Both the position numbers and the translations under genes were made by a program. The notes under the pieces were generated by a model. It ran no database searches and had not been told where the DNA came from. It saw only the letters and a program-made list of their open reading frames with translations. A stretch of DNA of 63,188 nucleotides, filler included, from Chiloscyllium plagiosum (taxonomy: Eukaryota): assembly GCF_004010195.1 (NCBI RefSeq). It is 8 parts of one record of this genome, joined end to end, with 100 filler letters (N's around TTAATTAATTAA, not from the genome) between each part and the next. Parts side by side here need not be neighbours in the genome. Positions count along the whole stretch, not along the records: positions 37,679 to 45,400 come from NC_057714.1; positions 45,501 to 51,884 come from NC_057714.1; positions 51,985 to 58,379 come from NC_057714.1; 5 more parts are not named here. One strand, written 5' to 3'. Position 1 is the first letter of the stretch, and every line of letters starts with the position of its first letter. Shown one piece after another: positions 39,281 through 53,480 of this stretch.

Positions 39281-39478
39281 TCAGGTTATAGTCCAACAGG
39301 TTTAATTGGAAGCACTAGCTTTCGGAATGCTGCTCCTTCATCAGATGGTTGTGGAGTACTTGATGAAGGAGCAGCGCTCCAAAAGCTAATGCTTCCAATT
39401 AAACCTATTGGGCTGTAACCTGGTGTTGTGTGATTTTTAACTTTCTCCATCCCAGTCCAACACTGGCATCTCCAAATC
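39281..39478. mobile_element. Palindromic pLTR insertion (AGCU family)
   Basis: 39282-39344 is the reverse complement of 39360-39422; hammerhead core intact on the minus arm (39316-39344) and mutated on the plus arm. Confidence 0.8.
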
Positions 39479-39859
39479 ATACATTGTTATGCTACCTAAA
39501 AACAGCATTCTCAACAAGTGACTTTGGCCATCACTTTGGGAAACTGCTGTATAAACTTTGTGGCACTCAAGACATTCAAATTTGATTAAGCCTTTTCACA
39601 AGGCATCTCTGTTTGCAATGTCAAAATCAGTTGACATTGAATAATAGAGTCCCATCTGTTCTTTGTGACATTTTTCTTGCATTTGCCAAAGGATGAAGAT
39701 CATGTTACAAGAGTTTCTGTCTTTTGGGTATCCACTTTACATTTAGAGCGAGAAGGTTACTGTTATTTAACTCATCTGCTTTTAGTACAATCTTAACAAC
39801 TATATCTCGTCATACACAGCCTCCTGAATTCAGGGAGGGAGGGAAGTTAGCTGATCAGT

Positions 39860-40200
39860 AGTTTAGTGCAAAGTCAACTTAGAAAGAACTCTTTCAACCT
39901 GCACAGAGGTTGCTGTTTGCTGTCCAGATTTGCCCACTTGGGCCATACTAACCCCTACCCTACTCTCAAGAAAAGCTCCAGACTCAGTCAGCACTCCAGG
40001 AAAGCTTGCACATTTCAAGGACCCCAGCTAGCTATTAAACTCACAGGATGTGGAATCAACAAATCATTCCTCAAGAGTTTAAGGATGCCACACTTGTTGA
40101 TTTTTACAAAGGAAAACAACAAAGATCTGTATTTGACTCACGGAATCTCATTGCTTATGATAGTTGTTAAGCTTGTAATCCCAGTTGATCTGCCCAGAAT
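39860..40200 (+). mobile_element. RTE-like LINE RT fragment
   Basis: DATL..IFTK...GISLL.IV.K motif in ORF 39866-40231. Confidence 0.45.
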
Positions 40201-41789
40201 GAAGGAGGGGAATGTTTGTTCTGAGATTTAGGGAATCAACAATGGAGGTGACATTTGGATTAAGCAAATTGGTACCTAAAGTTGTGTAATGGAATACCAA
40301 AAGTTAAACATTTTGGGACTGCAGTTATTAGTGAATTTGGGGTGTAATTTTTTTTTCAGAGTCAGGCACAGAAGGAAGTGGAAGGGTTACAGGTTGTGCA
40401 TGATTAAAGAGGTAATCTGAGAAGGCCTTATCTGTGATACTTTGGGAGTAGCAGGGACATATGAGATGGCAAGTTCAAGAGAGGGTCTATAAATACGGAC
40501 AACAGAGCTTTCATAGAGGGTAAGGTTCAGGGAATATAGAAGGTCAGTGAACTTGAAGGAAAGAGAAAGAATGCGATCTATGTTCTATTCAGACGGTGAA
40601 AAAGTGACTTGTTGGAGAGGCTGATTTGTGGACTTTAATGTAGGAGGTCATTGTAGTATGGATTTATTGTGGGTATAGGTAGTTGGTAGTGTGGGGAGAC
40701 CTCAGTAAGAAAATTGGTATTTCTGTTGTCATGAGAGGAGAATTATACAGATGAATGTCATACCACCATCCATATGGGCAGGGCACGGTGGTTTAGCTGT
40801 GGTAGAATAATGTCTATTCGGGTGAAGATGTCATCAGTATCCAACCAGAGGAATCATAAATTGCTTTATGAAATATATAGATGCATTGGCCTGGCACCTA
40901 CTTGTCAGGTGATGTGTGTATACATGTTGATGGCTTCTCTGGGCTTTGTAGAATCAGGGAATTGCTATAGTGCAAAAGGAATCCAGAGTACCACTGTACC
41001 TGTATACCGTTGTACTGTCACCACTGCTGGGTCTGTCCTGCCTATCAGTGGTAACTGTTATCCCATGTCCACTTCAGGAATGGATGCCTAACACTGGCTA
41101 TAACTTAGGAATTTCACATTTACTACCTGGGATCAAAAGAGATTGTCCTCCACTCTCCAAGCTCTTGAACACAGACAGGATACCCCACTACCAACAGATG
41201 TATCCATGCAGAGACTCATGTGAACTGGACGAAGGGAAAGTCTTCCCATTTCTGGCTACCATCCTTCTTTATTCACAAAGGTGGAATTCAGATATATCCC
41301 CCCAAGGCCATTCCTACTAGACAAAAAAGAGCTGCAGATTCTCCATTTAACAAAGAGGATGTTGAAGTTTCTCTCTGGGATAGGGCAGAGTACAAAGGGA
41401 TTTGAACTTCAGCCACCTCTTTTGCCTATTTTATCCTTTTCCCCACCAGCTGCTGACAGTCCATCCTCCGTTAAGCACCTTTCACTGTCATTATCTTCCA
41501 GTTGTGTGCACACTCTACTCTAGATTATGCCTTTTCTACTCATGGAAAATGATTCATCTTCCCACAAGATGGGCGAAGAATAGAATTGAAGAGGAATGTT
41601 GGGGTGGGGGGAGAGAAAGTGAGGAAAATGTTGATAACTTCTAATATTTCTGTTAATGTTTAGCTAATGTTTAATTGTTAAACAATGTTTTAAAGGGATA
41701 GAACGAAAGACTTGGGGAAGGTGTAGGATGAGGGTAAGTTCCTGTTGGCAGTCTTTGTTATTGACCATGTCAGCATCCTCCAAATGATC

Positions 41790-42335
41790 AGAAATTTAAC
41801 AGGAACAGCCATATAAATGCTACATGAGCCCAACTGTTGTCTACCATCCACAACGTGCGCTTCAGGAGTTTAATGGAAGAGTTTTCATTTGTCTGTACGA
41901 GTGTAACTTCGACACCACTCAAAACGTTTGACACAGACCAGGACAAAGCAAACCGCTTAACTGAAGCTATCAACCCAGTGGCAGCAGTGGGGACTGCCTA
42001 CAAGATGCACTGAAGCGACTGACCATGGCCCTTTCGACAGCACCTTCCAAACTCCAAACATTTAACACCTCAAAGTACAAGGTCAGCAGATGAGAACATT
42101 ACTGGCTTTAAGCTCCCCTCCAAGTCACACACCATCCTGACTTAGAACTGTATCACCATTCCTTCACGACTGCTGACTGAGAATCCTGGAACTCCTGCCC
42201 TAACAGCACAGTCAGTGTATCTTCACCAGAATCACTACAGCAATTGAAGAAAGCAGCCTTCTCAAAGGCAGTTCAGCACAGATAATAAATGCTCACCTAG
42301 CCAGTGATGCCCACATCCTCTGGAAGAATTAATTG
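41790..42335 (+). mobile_element. CR1/L2-group LINE 3' end
   Basis: Homologous to 36640-37262 and 3195-3360; aataaatgctc...gccagtgatgcccacatcc tail. Confidence 0.6.
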
Positions 42336-42474
42336 AAAAAATGCCTCTCCACAGTCCTCCATCGGTGAGATTGCACTATCTTGGTTTCATTCATAGCTAT
42401 CGAATGACAGCCTCTGAGTAGCATCTGCAACAGCTTCTTATCCTGCTCCCACATAATTACATAATCATGAAGAA

Positions 42475-44135
42475 GACCTTTGCAGATGAGACAAAAATGG
42501 CTGCACGGTTGATAATGAGTGGGATAGCTGCAGACTGCAGCTGGTCAGGTGGGTAGAAAATGACAAATTGTATTCAAATCTGAGAACTGGGAGGTGGCGT
42601 GCAGGAGGAGATCAAAGAAAGCAAAGGAGGACACAATTAATGGGAGAATGGTGGGAGATACAGAGGAAGTGAAGGACCTCAAAGTCCACAGGTCCCAGAA
42701 GGTCGCAGAATAGCTCAGTAACATAGTGGGGGGAGAAAGCATATGGACTCCTCTCACTAATTAGCTGACGTAGAATATAACAGCAGGGGAGATATGATGG
42801 AACGGAACAAATCTTTAGTGTGATAACTTGAGTACTCTATGTATTTCCAATCACCTCACTATAGAAGAGATTCAATTATAATAGTGTGAGTGCCTAGCAG
42901 ATTTCCAAGGATTTTATCGATCTGGAGGAATACAGCCATGAGGAACGTTTGGATGGGCTGGTGCTGATTTTCCTTGGATCAGAGGGGAATGAGGAGCATT
43001 TTGATTTGAGATGTAGAAAACTGACAGGCCTGGATAGAATGGATGGGAAGGGCCTATTAGTAAAGAGGTCAGTGACAAGGGATCGAGATTTAAAGAGATT
43101 GGTGGAAAGATCAGAGGATAGATGAGGAAAAATGTTTTCCCTTAGAAGATGGTCGGGGTCTAGAATTCATTGCCTGAATGGGTAGTAAAGACTGAAACCC
43201 TCAACTCATTTAAAAAGATGTCTGAATATATATCTTTAAGTGCCAGGACATGCAGGGCTATGGAGCAAAGATTGAGAAGTGAGATTTGGCAGAGTGGCTC
43301 ACTCCCAGATAGCACAGACACATTGGGTTAAATGGCCTATTTCTGTGCTAAAATGCCAAATGTTTGAACTCCAAAAGGATTGACAAGTTGGTGGAGGGGT
43401 AAAGGATGGCAGATGAGGTTTAATGCATAGATTTGTGAGGTGATGCACTTTGGTTGGAAGAGCATTGAAAGACAATATAAAACAAGGGTACAATTCTAAA
43501 TGGGGTGTCGGAGCATATGACCTGGATGCATATATACACATCATTGAAAGTGGCAGAAGGCAGACAGAATAGGAAAGAAAGCAAACAGTTTTCTCACCTT
43601 TAATAATAGGGTCAGAGAGTATAAGAGCAAGGAGGTGATATTGAACTTCCACAAGACACTCAGCTGGGGTAATGTGCACAGTGTAGGCACTGCTTTCGAG
43701 GAAAGATACGAATGCATTGTAAAAAGTGCAGATGTGATTTTCTAGAATGGTTCCAGGTATGAGAAACTTCAGTTAAAAGGTTGAGACTGTTCCCCACCTG
43801 ATCTGACTGAGGTTTGCAAAAATCATGAGTGGGCTCAACAGAGTAGATAGGATGAATTGATTTCTGATGGTAAAAGAAATAAGAATGAACAGGCTGTGCA
43901 GGTGAAGTGAGAGCAATCTTTTTCACATATCAAGTAGATATGATATAGAATGCTTTGCCTGGGTTGTGATGGAGGCCGAATCAGTCGAAAAATTCAAGAG
44001 GACTTTTTTAGGTCAAAATGGCATTCAGGAGTTAGGGGAACAGGCAGGAAATTAGTATTAGATAATAGAGCCCGTACAATTTTTAATGGGCCAAAAAGCC
44101 TCTTTCTGCTTTCCAATTCTGTGATTCTATGATGT
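42475..44135 (+). mobile_element. Two tandem old CR1 3' fragments (about 42475-43350 and 43380-44135)
   Basis: FADETK, WQMRFN motifs; gggttaaatggcct and gggccaaaaagcct tails. Confidence 0.65.
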
Positions 44136-45149
44136 CTAGTACAGAGTGAATAAAAATGTGCTTTAATTAAATATCAGGAAGACCATATCATTATCTTAAG
44201 TTCCAGCTTCAAACTTCATCCCCCAAGTACAAACTCCATCTGTCTGTTTCCTTGGCAAACATCTAAGGGTGAAGCAGATCATTCATAACCTTGGTGTCAT
44301 ATTTAACCTGAGATGAGTTTACAACCAGATAGCTTCATTAGTAAGATTAATTTTCTATTTTTCTAGCATCATTGAAGTCTACACCTGTCACCTTTTACTG
44401 AAAATCTCACCTGCACCTTTTGTTATTTCTGGACTTGTCTGTTCAAATGCATTCCTGACTAACGTCCCACATTCTGCCCTCTGAAAACTTGAGGTCATCT
44501 AAAACTCTGTAATCTGTGATTACTCCCACCAACTTCCACATACTGATAATACCTATGCTTTCAAATATTCCCTGGCTCCTGATCAAACAATGCCTCACTT
44601 TAAAAAATATTGTCCTCACTTCAAATCCTTCCACAACCTTGCTCCTCCCTCATATATACCAGTTCCGCAGCTGTGATGTATCATGCTTATATAATTCCAG
44701 TCTCTTGAGCAACCAATTTTAATAGCTCTGTCATTGGCCATTAGAAAGGTGTGGCTGGCAATGTCCCAGGATCTGGAATTTCCTACTGACATCACTCCAC
44801 CTCTCAACCTTTCCCTCCCCCTTTAAGAACATAAAAATAGAAGTAAATTATTTGGCTCCTGAAGCTTATAAATGTTTTAGAGTTAGGTTAATGACTAATT
44901 AAGAACATTTCTGGACCTAAATAGAAATAAAATAAACAAAATAAATGAGCTTTTAAAATATGGTTCAACTTGTCCGATGTTTATAGATATGATTCTAGTA
45001 GATGACATGTTGAAAAGCATTTCAGTCCTTCTCAGTGTTAGTTGGAAAAAACTTGAAAAATCAAAGTTAAAAATCACACAACACCAGGTTATAGAACAAT
45101 CCTGGATTGTTCAATATATCACTGTAATCTCTTGCTATAAATTCTGTGT

Positions 45150-45400
45150 CAATAGACAATAGACAATAGGTGCAGGAGTAGGCCATTCTGCCCTTTGAGC
45201 CTGCACCACCATTCAATATGATCATGGCTGATCATCCTCAATCAGTATCCTGTTCCTGCCTTATCTCCATAACCCTTGATTCCACTATCCTTGAGAGCTC
45301 TATCCAACTCTTTCTTAAATGAATCCAAAGACTGGGCCTCCACTGCCCTCTGGGGAAGAGCATTCCACACAGCCACCACTCTCTGGGTGAACAAGTTTCT
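45150..45400 (-). mobile_element. Young CR1 3' end
   Basis: Reverse complement of about 28355-28600. Confidence 0.9.
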
Positions 45401-46650
45401 NNNNNNNNNNNNNNNNNNNNNNNNNNNNNNNNNNNNNNNNNNNNTTAATTAATTAANNNNNNNNNNNNNNNNNNNNNNNNNNNNNNNNNNNNNNNNNNNN
45501 ATCACTCACACTGACCTCCATCACTCACACTGAGCCCACATCACTCACACTGACCCCACATCACTTACACTGACCTCCATCACTCACACTAACCTCTATC
45601 ATTCACACTGACACTGCACCACTCACACTGACCTCACATCACTCACACTGATCTCCATCACTCACACTGACCTCTATGACTCACACTGCCCTCAATCAAT
45701 CACAATGACCCCACATCACTCACACTGACCCCATATCACTCTCACTGACCTCCATCACTCACACTGACCCCGCATCACTAACATTGACCCATCACTCACA
45801 CTGACTTCGATCACTCACACTGACCCACATCACTCACACTGACCCACATCACTCACACTGACCCACATCACTACACTGACCCCACATCACTCAAAATGAC
45901 CTCCATTACTCACACTGACCTCGCATCACTCTCACTGACCTCTATCACTCACACTGACACCACATCACTCTTACTGACCTCTATCACTCACACTGAGTTC
46001 CATCACTCACACTGAGCCCACATCACTCACACTGACCCCACATCACTCACACTGAACTCGATCACTCACTTTGACCCCACATTACTCTCACTTTACCTCG
46101 CATCACTCTCACTGACCTCAATCACACACACTGACACCACATCACTCACACTGACACCACATCACTCACACTGACATTGCATCACTCACACTGACCTCCA
46201 TCACTCACACTGACCTTTATCATTCACACTGACACTGCATCACTCACACTGACCTCCATCACTCACACTGACCTCCATCACTCACACTGATCTCCATCAC
46301 TCACACTGACCTCTATGACTCATACTGACCTCCATCACTCACACTGACCTCCATCAATCACATTGACCCCACATGACTCACACTGACCTCAATCACTCAC
46401 ACTGACCCCACATCACTCACACTGACCCCATATCACTCTCACTGACCTCCATCACGCATCACTGACATTGACCCCACATCACTCACACTGACCTCGATCA
46501 CTCACACTGACCCCACATCACTCACACTGANNNNNNNNNNCATCTATCAATCCAACTGGCCCTCCATGACTCTCACTGACCTCCATCACTCACACTGACC
46601 CCACATCACTCACACTGACCTCGTCACTCACATTGAACCCACATCACATT

Positions 46651-46979
46651 GGGTGGGCAGCACGCTGGCACAGTGGTTAGCACTGCTGCCTCACAGCGCC
46701 AGAGACCCGGGTTCAATTCCCGCCTCAGGCGACTCTCTGTGTGGAGTTTGCACGTTCTCCCCGTTTCTGCGTGGGTTTCCTCCAGGTGCTCCGGTTTCCT
46801 CCCACAGTCACAAAGATGCGCAGGATAGGTGAATTGACCATGTTAAATTGCCCGTAGTGTTAGGTTAGGGGTAAATGTCGGGGTATGGGTATGGGTGGGT
46901 TGCGCTTCGGCGGGTCGGTGTGGACTTGTTGGGCCGAAGGGCCTGTATCCACATTGTAACGTAATCTAATCTAATCTAT
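46651..46979 (+). mobile_element. Full-length HE1/V-SINE-type SINE
   Basis: A box tggcacagtgg, B box ggttcaattcc, central gtgggtttcctcc...ccggtttcctcccaca domain, CR1-type tail, (taatc)n. Confidence 0.92.
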
Positions 46980-48090
46980 ATCACTCACACTGACCCTTGG
47001 TCACTCACACTGACCCCGTATCTCTCTCACTGACCTCGCATCACTGACACTGACCTCGCATCACTCACACTGGACTCTATCACTCACACTGACCCCACAT
47101 CTCTCTCACTGACCTCCATCACTCACTAACCTCAATCTCTCACATTGACCCCGCATCACTCACACTGACCTCCAACACACAATGACCCCGCATCAGTCAC
47201 ACTGACCTCCATAACTCACACTGACCCCACATCACTCACACAGACCTCCATCACTCACACTGACCCACATCACTCACACTGACCTCCATCACTCTCACTG
47301 GCCTCGCTCACTCACACTGACCTCACTCACTCACATTGACCCCACAGCACTCACACTGACCCCGCATCACTCACACTGACCCCGCATCACTTATTCTGAC
47401 CTCCATCACTCACACTGACCCCACATCACTCACACTGACATCTATCACTCACACTGACCCCACATCACTCACACTGACCTCCATCACTTACACTGACCTC
47501 ACTTCACTAACATTGACCCCACATCTCTCACACTGACTTCGATCACTCACACTGACCCCTCATCATTCACACTGACCCACATCACTCACACTGACCCCAC
47601 ATCACTAACATTGACCCCACACCAATCACATTAACCTCGATCACTCACACTGACCCACATCACTCTCACTGACCTTGCATCACTCACACTGATCCCACAT
47701 CTCTCACATTGACCTCCATCACTCACACTGGCCCCACATCACTAACATTGACTCCACACCAATCACATTGACCCTGCATCACTCAGACTGACCCACATCA
47801 CTGTCACTGACCTTGCATCACTCACACTGATCCCACATCTCTCACATTGACCCCACATCACTCACACTGACCCCACATCTCTCACACTGACCTTGATCAC
47901 TCACACTGACTCCACATCACTCACACTGACCCCACATCACTCTCACTGACCCCACATCATCACACTGACCTCCATCACTTTCACTGACCTCTATCACTCA
48001 CACTAACCCCACATCACTCACAATGACCTCTATCACTCGCACTCACCTCCATCACTCACACTGACCTCCATCACTCATACTGACCCCACA

Positions 48091-48663
48091 TTAGCAGAGG
48101 GATTGAATTCAAAAGTCGTGAGGTGATGTTGCAGCTGTGCAGGACCTTGGTAAGGCCACATTGGGAGTACTGTGTTCTTTTCTGGTCGCCTCACTTTAGG
48201 AAAGATGTGGAAGCTTTAGAGAGGGTACAGAGAAGATTTACCAGGATGTTGCCTGGAATGGAGAATAGGTCGTACGAGGATAGGTTGAGAGTTCTTGGCC
48301 TTTTCTCATTGGAACAGCGAAGGATGAGGGGTGACTTGATAGAGGTTTATAAGATGATCAGGGGAATAGATAGAGTAGACAGTCAGAGACTTTTTCCCCG
48401 GGTACAACGGAGTATTACAAGGGGACATAAATTTAAGGTGAAGGGTGGGAGGTATAGGGGGATGTCAGGGGTAGATTCTTTACCCAGAGAGTGGTGGGTG
48501 CATGGAATGCGCTGCCTGTGGGAGTGGCAGAGTCAGAATCATTGGTGACCTTTAAGCGGCAATTGGATAGGTACATGGATAGGTGCTTAATCTGGGACAA
48601 ATGTTCGGCACAACATCGTGCGTCGAAGGGCCTGTTCTGTGCTGTATTATTCTATGTTCAATG
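48091..48663 (+). mobile_element. CR1 3' fragment inserted in the satellite
   Basis: ORF 48123-48548 LVRPHWEYCVLFWSP...LERVQRRFTRMLPG. Confidence 0.92.
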
Positions 48664-51291
48664 CTCTATCACTCTCACTGACCTCTATCACTCACACTGA
48701 CCCCACATCACTCACACTGACCCCACATCACTCATACTGACCTCCATCACTCACAATGACCTCCATTACTCACACTGACCTCTAGCACTCACACTGACCT
48801 CTATCACTCACATTCACCCTACATCACTCTCACTGACCTATATCACTCACACTGACCACACATCACTCACACTGATCTTGCATCACTCACACTGACCATC
48901 ACTCACACTGACCTCGCATGTCTCACACTGACCCCACAGCACTCTCACTGACCTCACACTGACCTCACACTGACCTGCATCATTCACATTGACCCCACAT
49001 CACTCACACTGACCTCCTTCACTCACACTGACCTCTATCACTAACACTGACCCTGCATCACTCTCACTGACCTCCGTCACTCACACTGTCCCCACATCAC
49101 TCTCACTGACCCCACATCACTCTCACTGACCCCACATCACTCACACTGACCCAACATCACTCACTCACCCCGCATTACTCACACTGACCCCGCATAATGC
49201 ACACTAACCTCGCATTACTCACACTGACCTCCATCACTCACACTGACCTCGATCACTCACATTGACCCCACATCATTCACACTGACCTCAATCACTCACA
49301 CTGACCCCACATCACTCACTCTGACCCCACATCACTCACACTGACCTCAATGACTCTCACCGACCCCACATCACTGTCACTTACCTCCATCACTTACACT
49401 GACCCCACATCACTAACATGAACTCCACATCTCTCACACTGACCTCCATCACTCTCACTGACCTCGCATCACTCACACTGACGTCACATCACTCACACTG
49501 ACCTCCATCACTCACTGACCTCGCATCACTGACACTGACCCTGCATCACTCACACTGATCTCGATCACTCACATTGACCCCACTTCACTCTCACTGACCT
49601 CGCATCACTCTCACTGACCCCACATCACTCTCACTGACCTCCATCACTTACACTGACCCCACATCACTAACATTAACTCCACATCTCTCACACTGACCTC
49701 CATCACTCTCACTGACCTCGCATCACTCACACTGACCCCACATCACTCACACTGACCTCCATCACTCACTGACCTCGCATCACTGACACTGACCCCACAT
49801 CACACTTCTGACCTCAATCACTCACATTGACCCCACATCACTCTCACTGACCTCGCATCACTCTCACTGACCCCACATCACTCTCACTGACCTCGATCAC
49901 TCACATTGACCCCACATCACTCACATTGCCCCCACATCACTTACACTGACCGCAATCACTCACACTGACCCCACATCACTCACACTGACCTCCATTACTC
50001 ACACTGACCTCGCATCACTCTCACTGACCTCTATCACTCACACTGACACTACATCACTCTTACTGACCTCTATCACTCACACTGACCTCCATCACTCACA
50101 CTGAGCCCACATCACTCACACTGACCCCACATCACTCACACCAACCTCGATCACTCACTTTGACCCCACATTACTCTCACTTTACATGGCATCACTCTCA
50201 CTGACCCAACATCACTCTCACTGACCTCGATCACACACACTGACACCACATCACTCACACTGACCCCGCATCACTCACACTGACATCCATCACTCACACT
50301 GATCTCTATCACTCACACTGACCCCACATCACTCTCACTGACCTCCACCACACACACTGATCCCGCATCACGCACTCTGACCTCCATCACTCACACTGAC
50401 CCCACATCACTCACACTGACTTCCATCACTCACTGACCTCGCATCACTTTCACTGACCCCACTTCACTCACACTGATCCCGCATCACTCTCACTGACCTT
50501 GCATCACTCACACTGACTTCCATCACTCACATTGACCCCACATCACTCTCACTGACCCCACATCACTCTCACTGACCTCGATCACTCACATTGGCCCCAC
50601 ATCACTCACACTGACCCCACATCACTCACATTGCCCCCACATCACTCACACTGACCCCGCATTACTCACACTGACATCCATCACTCACACTGAACTCTAT
50701 CACTCACACTGACCCCATATCACTCTCACTTTACCTCCATCAATCACTCAACTGACCGCACGTCACTCACACTGACCTCCATCACTCTCACTGACCCCAC
50801 ATCACTCACACTGACCTCGTCACTCACATTGACCCCACATCACTCACACTGACCCCACATCACTCTCACTTACCTCCATCACTCACTAACGTCAATCACT
50901 CACACTGACCCCCCATCACTCACACTGACCTCCATCACTGACACTGACCCCACATCACTCACACTGACCCCACATCACTCTCACTGACCTCTATCACTCA
51001 CACTGACCCAAAATCGCTCTCACCGACCTCTATCACTCACACTGACCTCCATCACTCTCACTGACCTTGCATCACTCACCGTGACCCCACATCACTCACA
51101 CTGACTTCCATCACTCACACTGACCTCCATTACTCACACTGACCCCCTATCACACTCACTGACCTCCATCACTCACACTGACATCTATCAATCCAACTGA
51201 CCCTCCATGACTCTCACTGACCTCCATCACTCACACTGACCCCACATCACTCACACTGACCTCGTCACTCACATTGAACCCACATCACATT

Positions 51292-51602
51292 GGGTGGGCG
51301 GCACGCTGGCACAGTGGTTAGCACTGCTGCCTCACAGCGCCAGAGACCCGGGTTCAATTCCTGCCTCAGGCGACTCTCTGTGTGGAGTTTGCACGTTCTC
51401 CCCGTCTCTGCCTGGGTTTCCTCCAGGTGCTCCGGTTTCCTCCCACAGTCACAAAGATGTGCAGGATAGGTGAATTGACCATGCTAAATTGCCCGTAGTG
51501 TTAGGTTAGGGGTAAATGTCGGGGTATGGGCGGCGGGTCGGTGTGGACTTGTTGGGCCGAAGGGCCTGTATCCACATTGTAATGTAATCTAATCTAATCT
51601 AT
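51292..51602 (+). mobile_element. HE1/V-SINE-type SINE, duplicate of 46651-46979
   Basis: Near-identical SINE with identical satellite flanks. Confidence 0.92.
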
Positions 51603-51984
51603 ATCACTCACACTGACCCTGCATCACTCACACTGACCCTTGGTCACTCACACTGACCCCGTATCTCTCTCACTGACCTCGCATCACTGACACTGACCTC
51701 GCATCACTCACACTGGACTCTATCACTCACACTGACCCCACATCTCTCTCACTGACCTCCATCACTCACTAACCTCAATCTCTCACATTGACCCCGCATC
51801 ACTCACACTGACCTCCAACACACAATGACCCCGCATCAGTCACACTGACCTCCATAACTCACACTGACCCCACATCACTCACACNNNNNNNNNNNNNNNN
51901 NNNNNNNNNNNNNNNNNNNNNNNNNNNNTTAATTAATTAANNNNNNNNNNNNNNNNNNNNNNNNNNNNNNNNNNNNNNNNNNNN

Positions 51985-53480
51985 TTTCAAGTCATCCAGC
52001 ACTTCCTCCTCTGTAATCTGGTCATTTTGCAAGATGTCACCATCTATTTCCCTACAGTCTATATCTTCCATATCCTTTTCCACAGTAAATACTGATGCAA
52101 AATATTCATTTAGTATCTCCCCCATTTTCTGTGGCTCCACACAAAGACCACCTTGCTGATCTTTGAGGAGCCCTATTGTCTTCCTAGTTACCCTTTTGTC
52201 CTTAATATATTTGTAAAACCCCTTTGGATTCTCCTTAATTCTATTTGCCAAAGCTATCTAATGTCCCCGTTTTGCCCTCCTGATTTCCCTCTTAAGTATA
52301 CTCCTACTTTCTTTATACTCTAAGGATTCACTCAATCTATCTTGTCAATACCTTACATATGCTTCCTTCTTTTTCTTAACCAAACCCTCAATTTCTTTAG
52401 TCATCCAGCATTCCCTATACCTACCAGCCTTCCCTTTCACCCTTACAGGAAAATACTTGCTCTGGATTCTTGTTATTTCATTTCTGAAGGCTTCCCATTT
52501 TCCAGCTGTCCCTTTACCTGCGAACATCTGCCTCCAATCAACTTTCGAAACTTCTTGCCTAATACCGTCAAAATTGGCCTTTCTCCAATTTAGAACTTCA
52601 ACTTTTAGACCTGGTCTATCCTTTTCCATCATGATTTTAAAATGAATTGAATTATGGTGGCTGGCCCCAAAGTGCTCCCCCACTGACACCTCAGTCACCT
52701 GCCCTGCCTTATTTCCCAAGAGTAGGTCAAGTTTTGCACCTTCTCTAGTAGGTACACCCCCATACTGAATCAGAAAATTGTCTTGTACACACTTAAGAAA
52801 TTCCTCTCCATCTAAACACTATGGCAGTCCTAGTTGATGTTTGGAAAGTTAAAATCCCCTACCATAACTACCCTATTATTCTTACAGATAGCTGAGATCT
52901 CCTTACAAGATTGTTTCTGAGTTTCCCTCTGACTATTCGGGGGTCTATAATACAATCCCAATAAGGTGATCATCCCTTTCTTATTTCTCAGTTCCACCCA
53001 AATAACTTCCCTGGATGTATTTCCGGGAATATACTCCCTCAGCACAGCTGTAACGCTATCCCTTATCAAAAATGCCACTCCCCCTCCTCTCTTGCCTCCC
53101 TTTCTATCCTTCCATTTGTATCCTGAAACATTAAGCTGCCAGTGTGCCCATCCTGAGCCATGTTTCCGTAATTGCTATGATATCCCAGTCCCTGTTCCTA
53201 ACCATGCCCTGAGTTCATCTGCCTTCCCTGTTAGGCCCCTTGCATTGCAATAATGCAGTTTAATTTATTAGTCCTACCTTGTCCCTGCCTGCCCTGACTG
53301 TTTGACTCACTTCTGTACCCCTCTCAGATCGATCTCTTTCCTCAATATTTCCCTGGGTCCCCCCCCCCCCTCCGCCCGCCCAACCTTACTAGTTTAAATC
53401 CTCCCAAGCAGTTCTAGCAAATTTCTCTGCCAGTATATTAGCCCCCTTCCAATTTAGGCACAATCCGTCCTTCTTGTACA
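51985..53480 (-). mobile_element. CR1 LINE ORF2 5' half and ORF1 end
   Basis: GLYYRPPNSQ, GDFNFPNI, ANRIKENPKGFYKYI, EILNEYFASVFT; same family as 21201-22691. Confidence 0.9.

Larger units (their letters stand above)
45501..51884. repeat. Satellite array of 19/20-bp units (ATCACTCACACTGACCTCC / ATCACTCACACTGACCCCAC)
   Basis: Directly visible tandem array, strongly G-poor on the + strand, interrupted by two SINEs and one CR1. Confidence 0.97.

Noticed and set aside
46655..46725. tRNA gene
   Set aside because: A and B boxes continue into a SINE body and LINE-derived tail; it is a SINE head.
45501..51884. CRISPR-like array
   Set aside because: Contiguous tandem units without unique spacers, no cas genes, vertebrate context.
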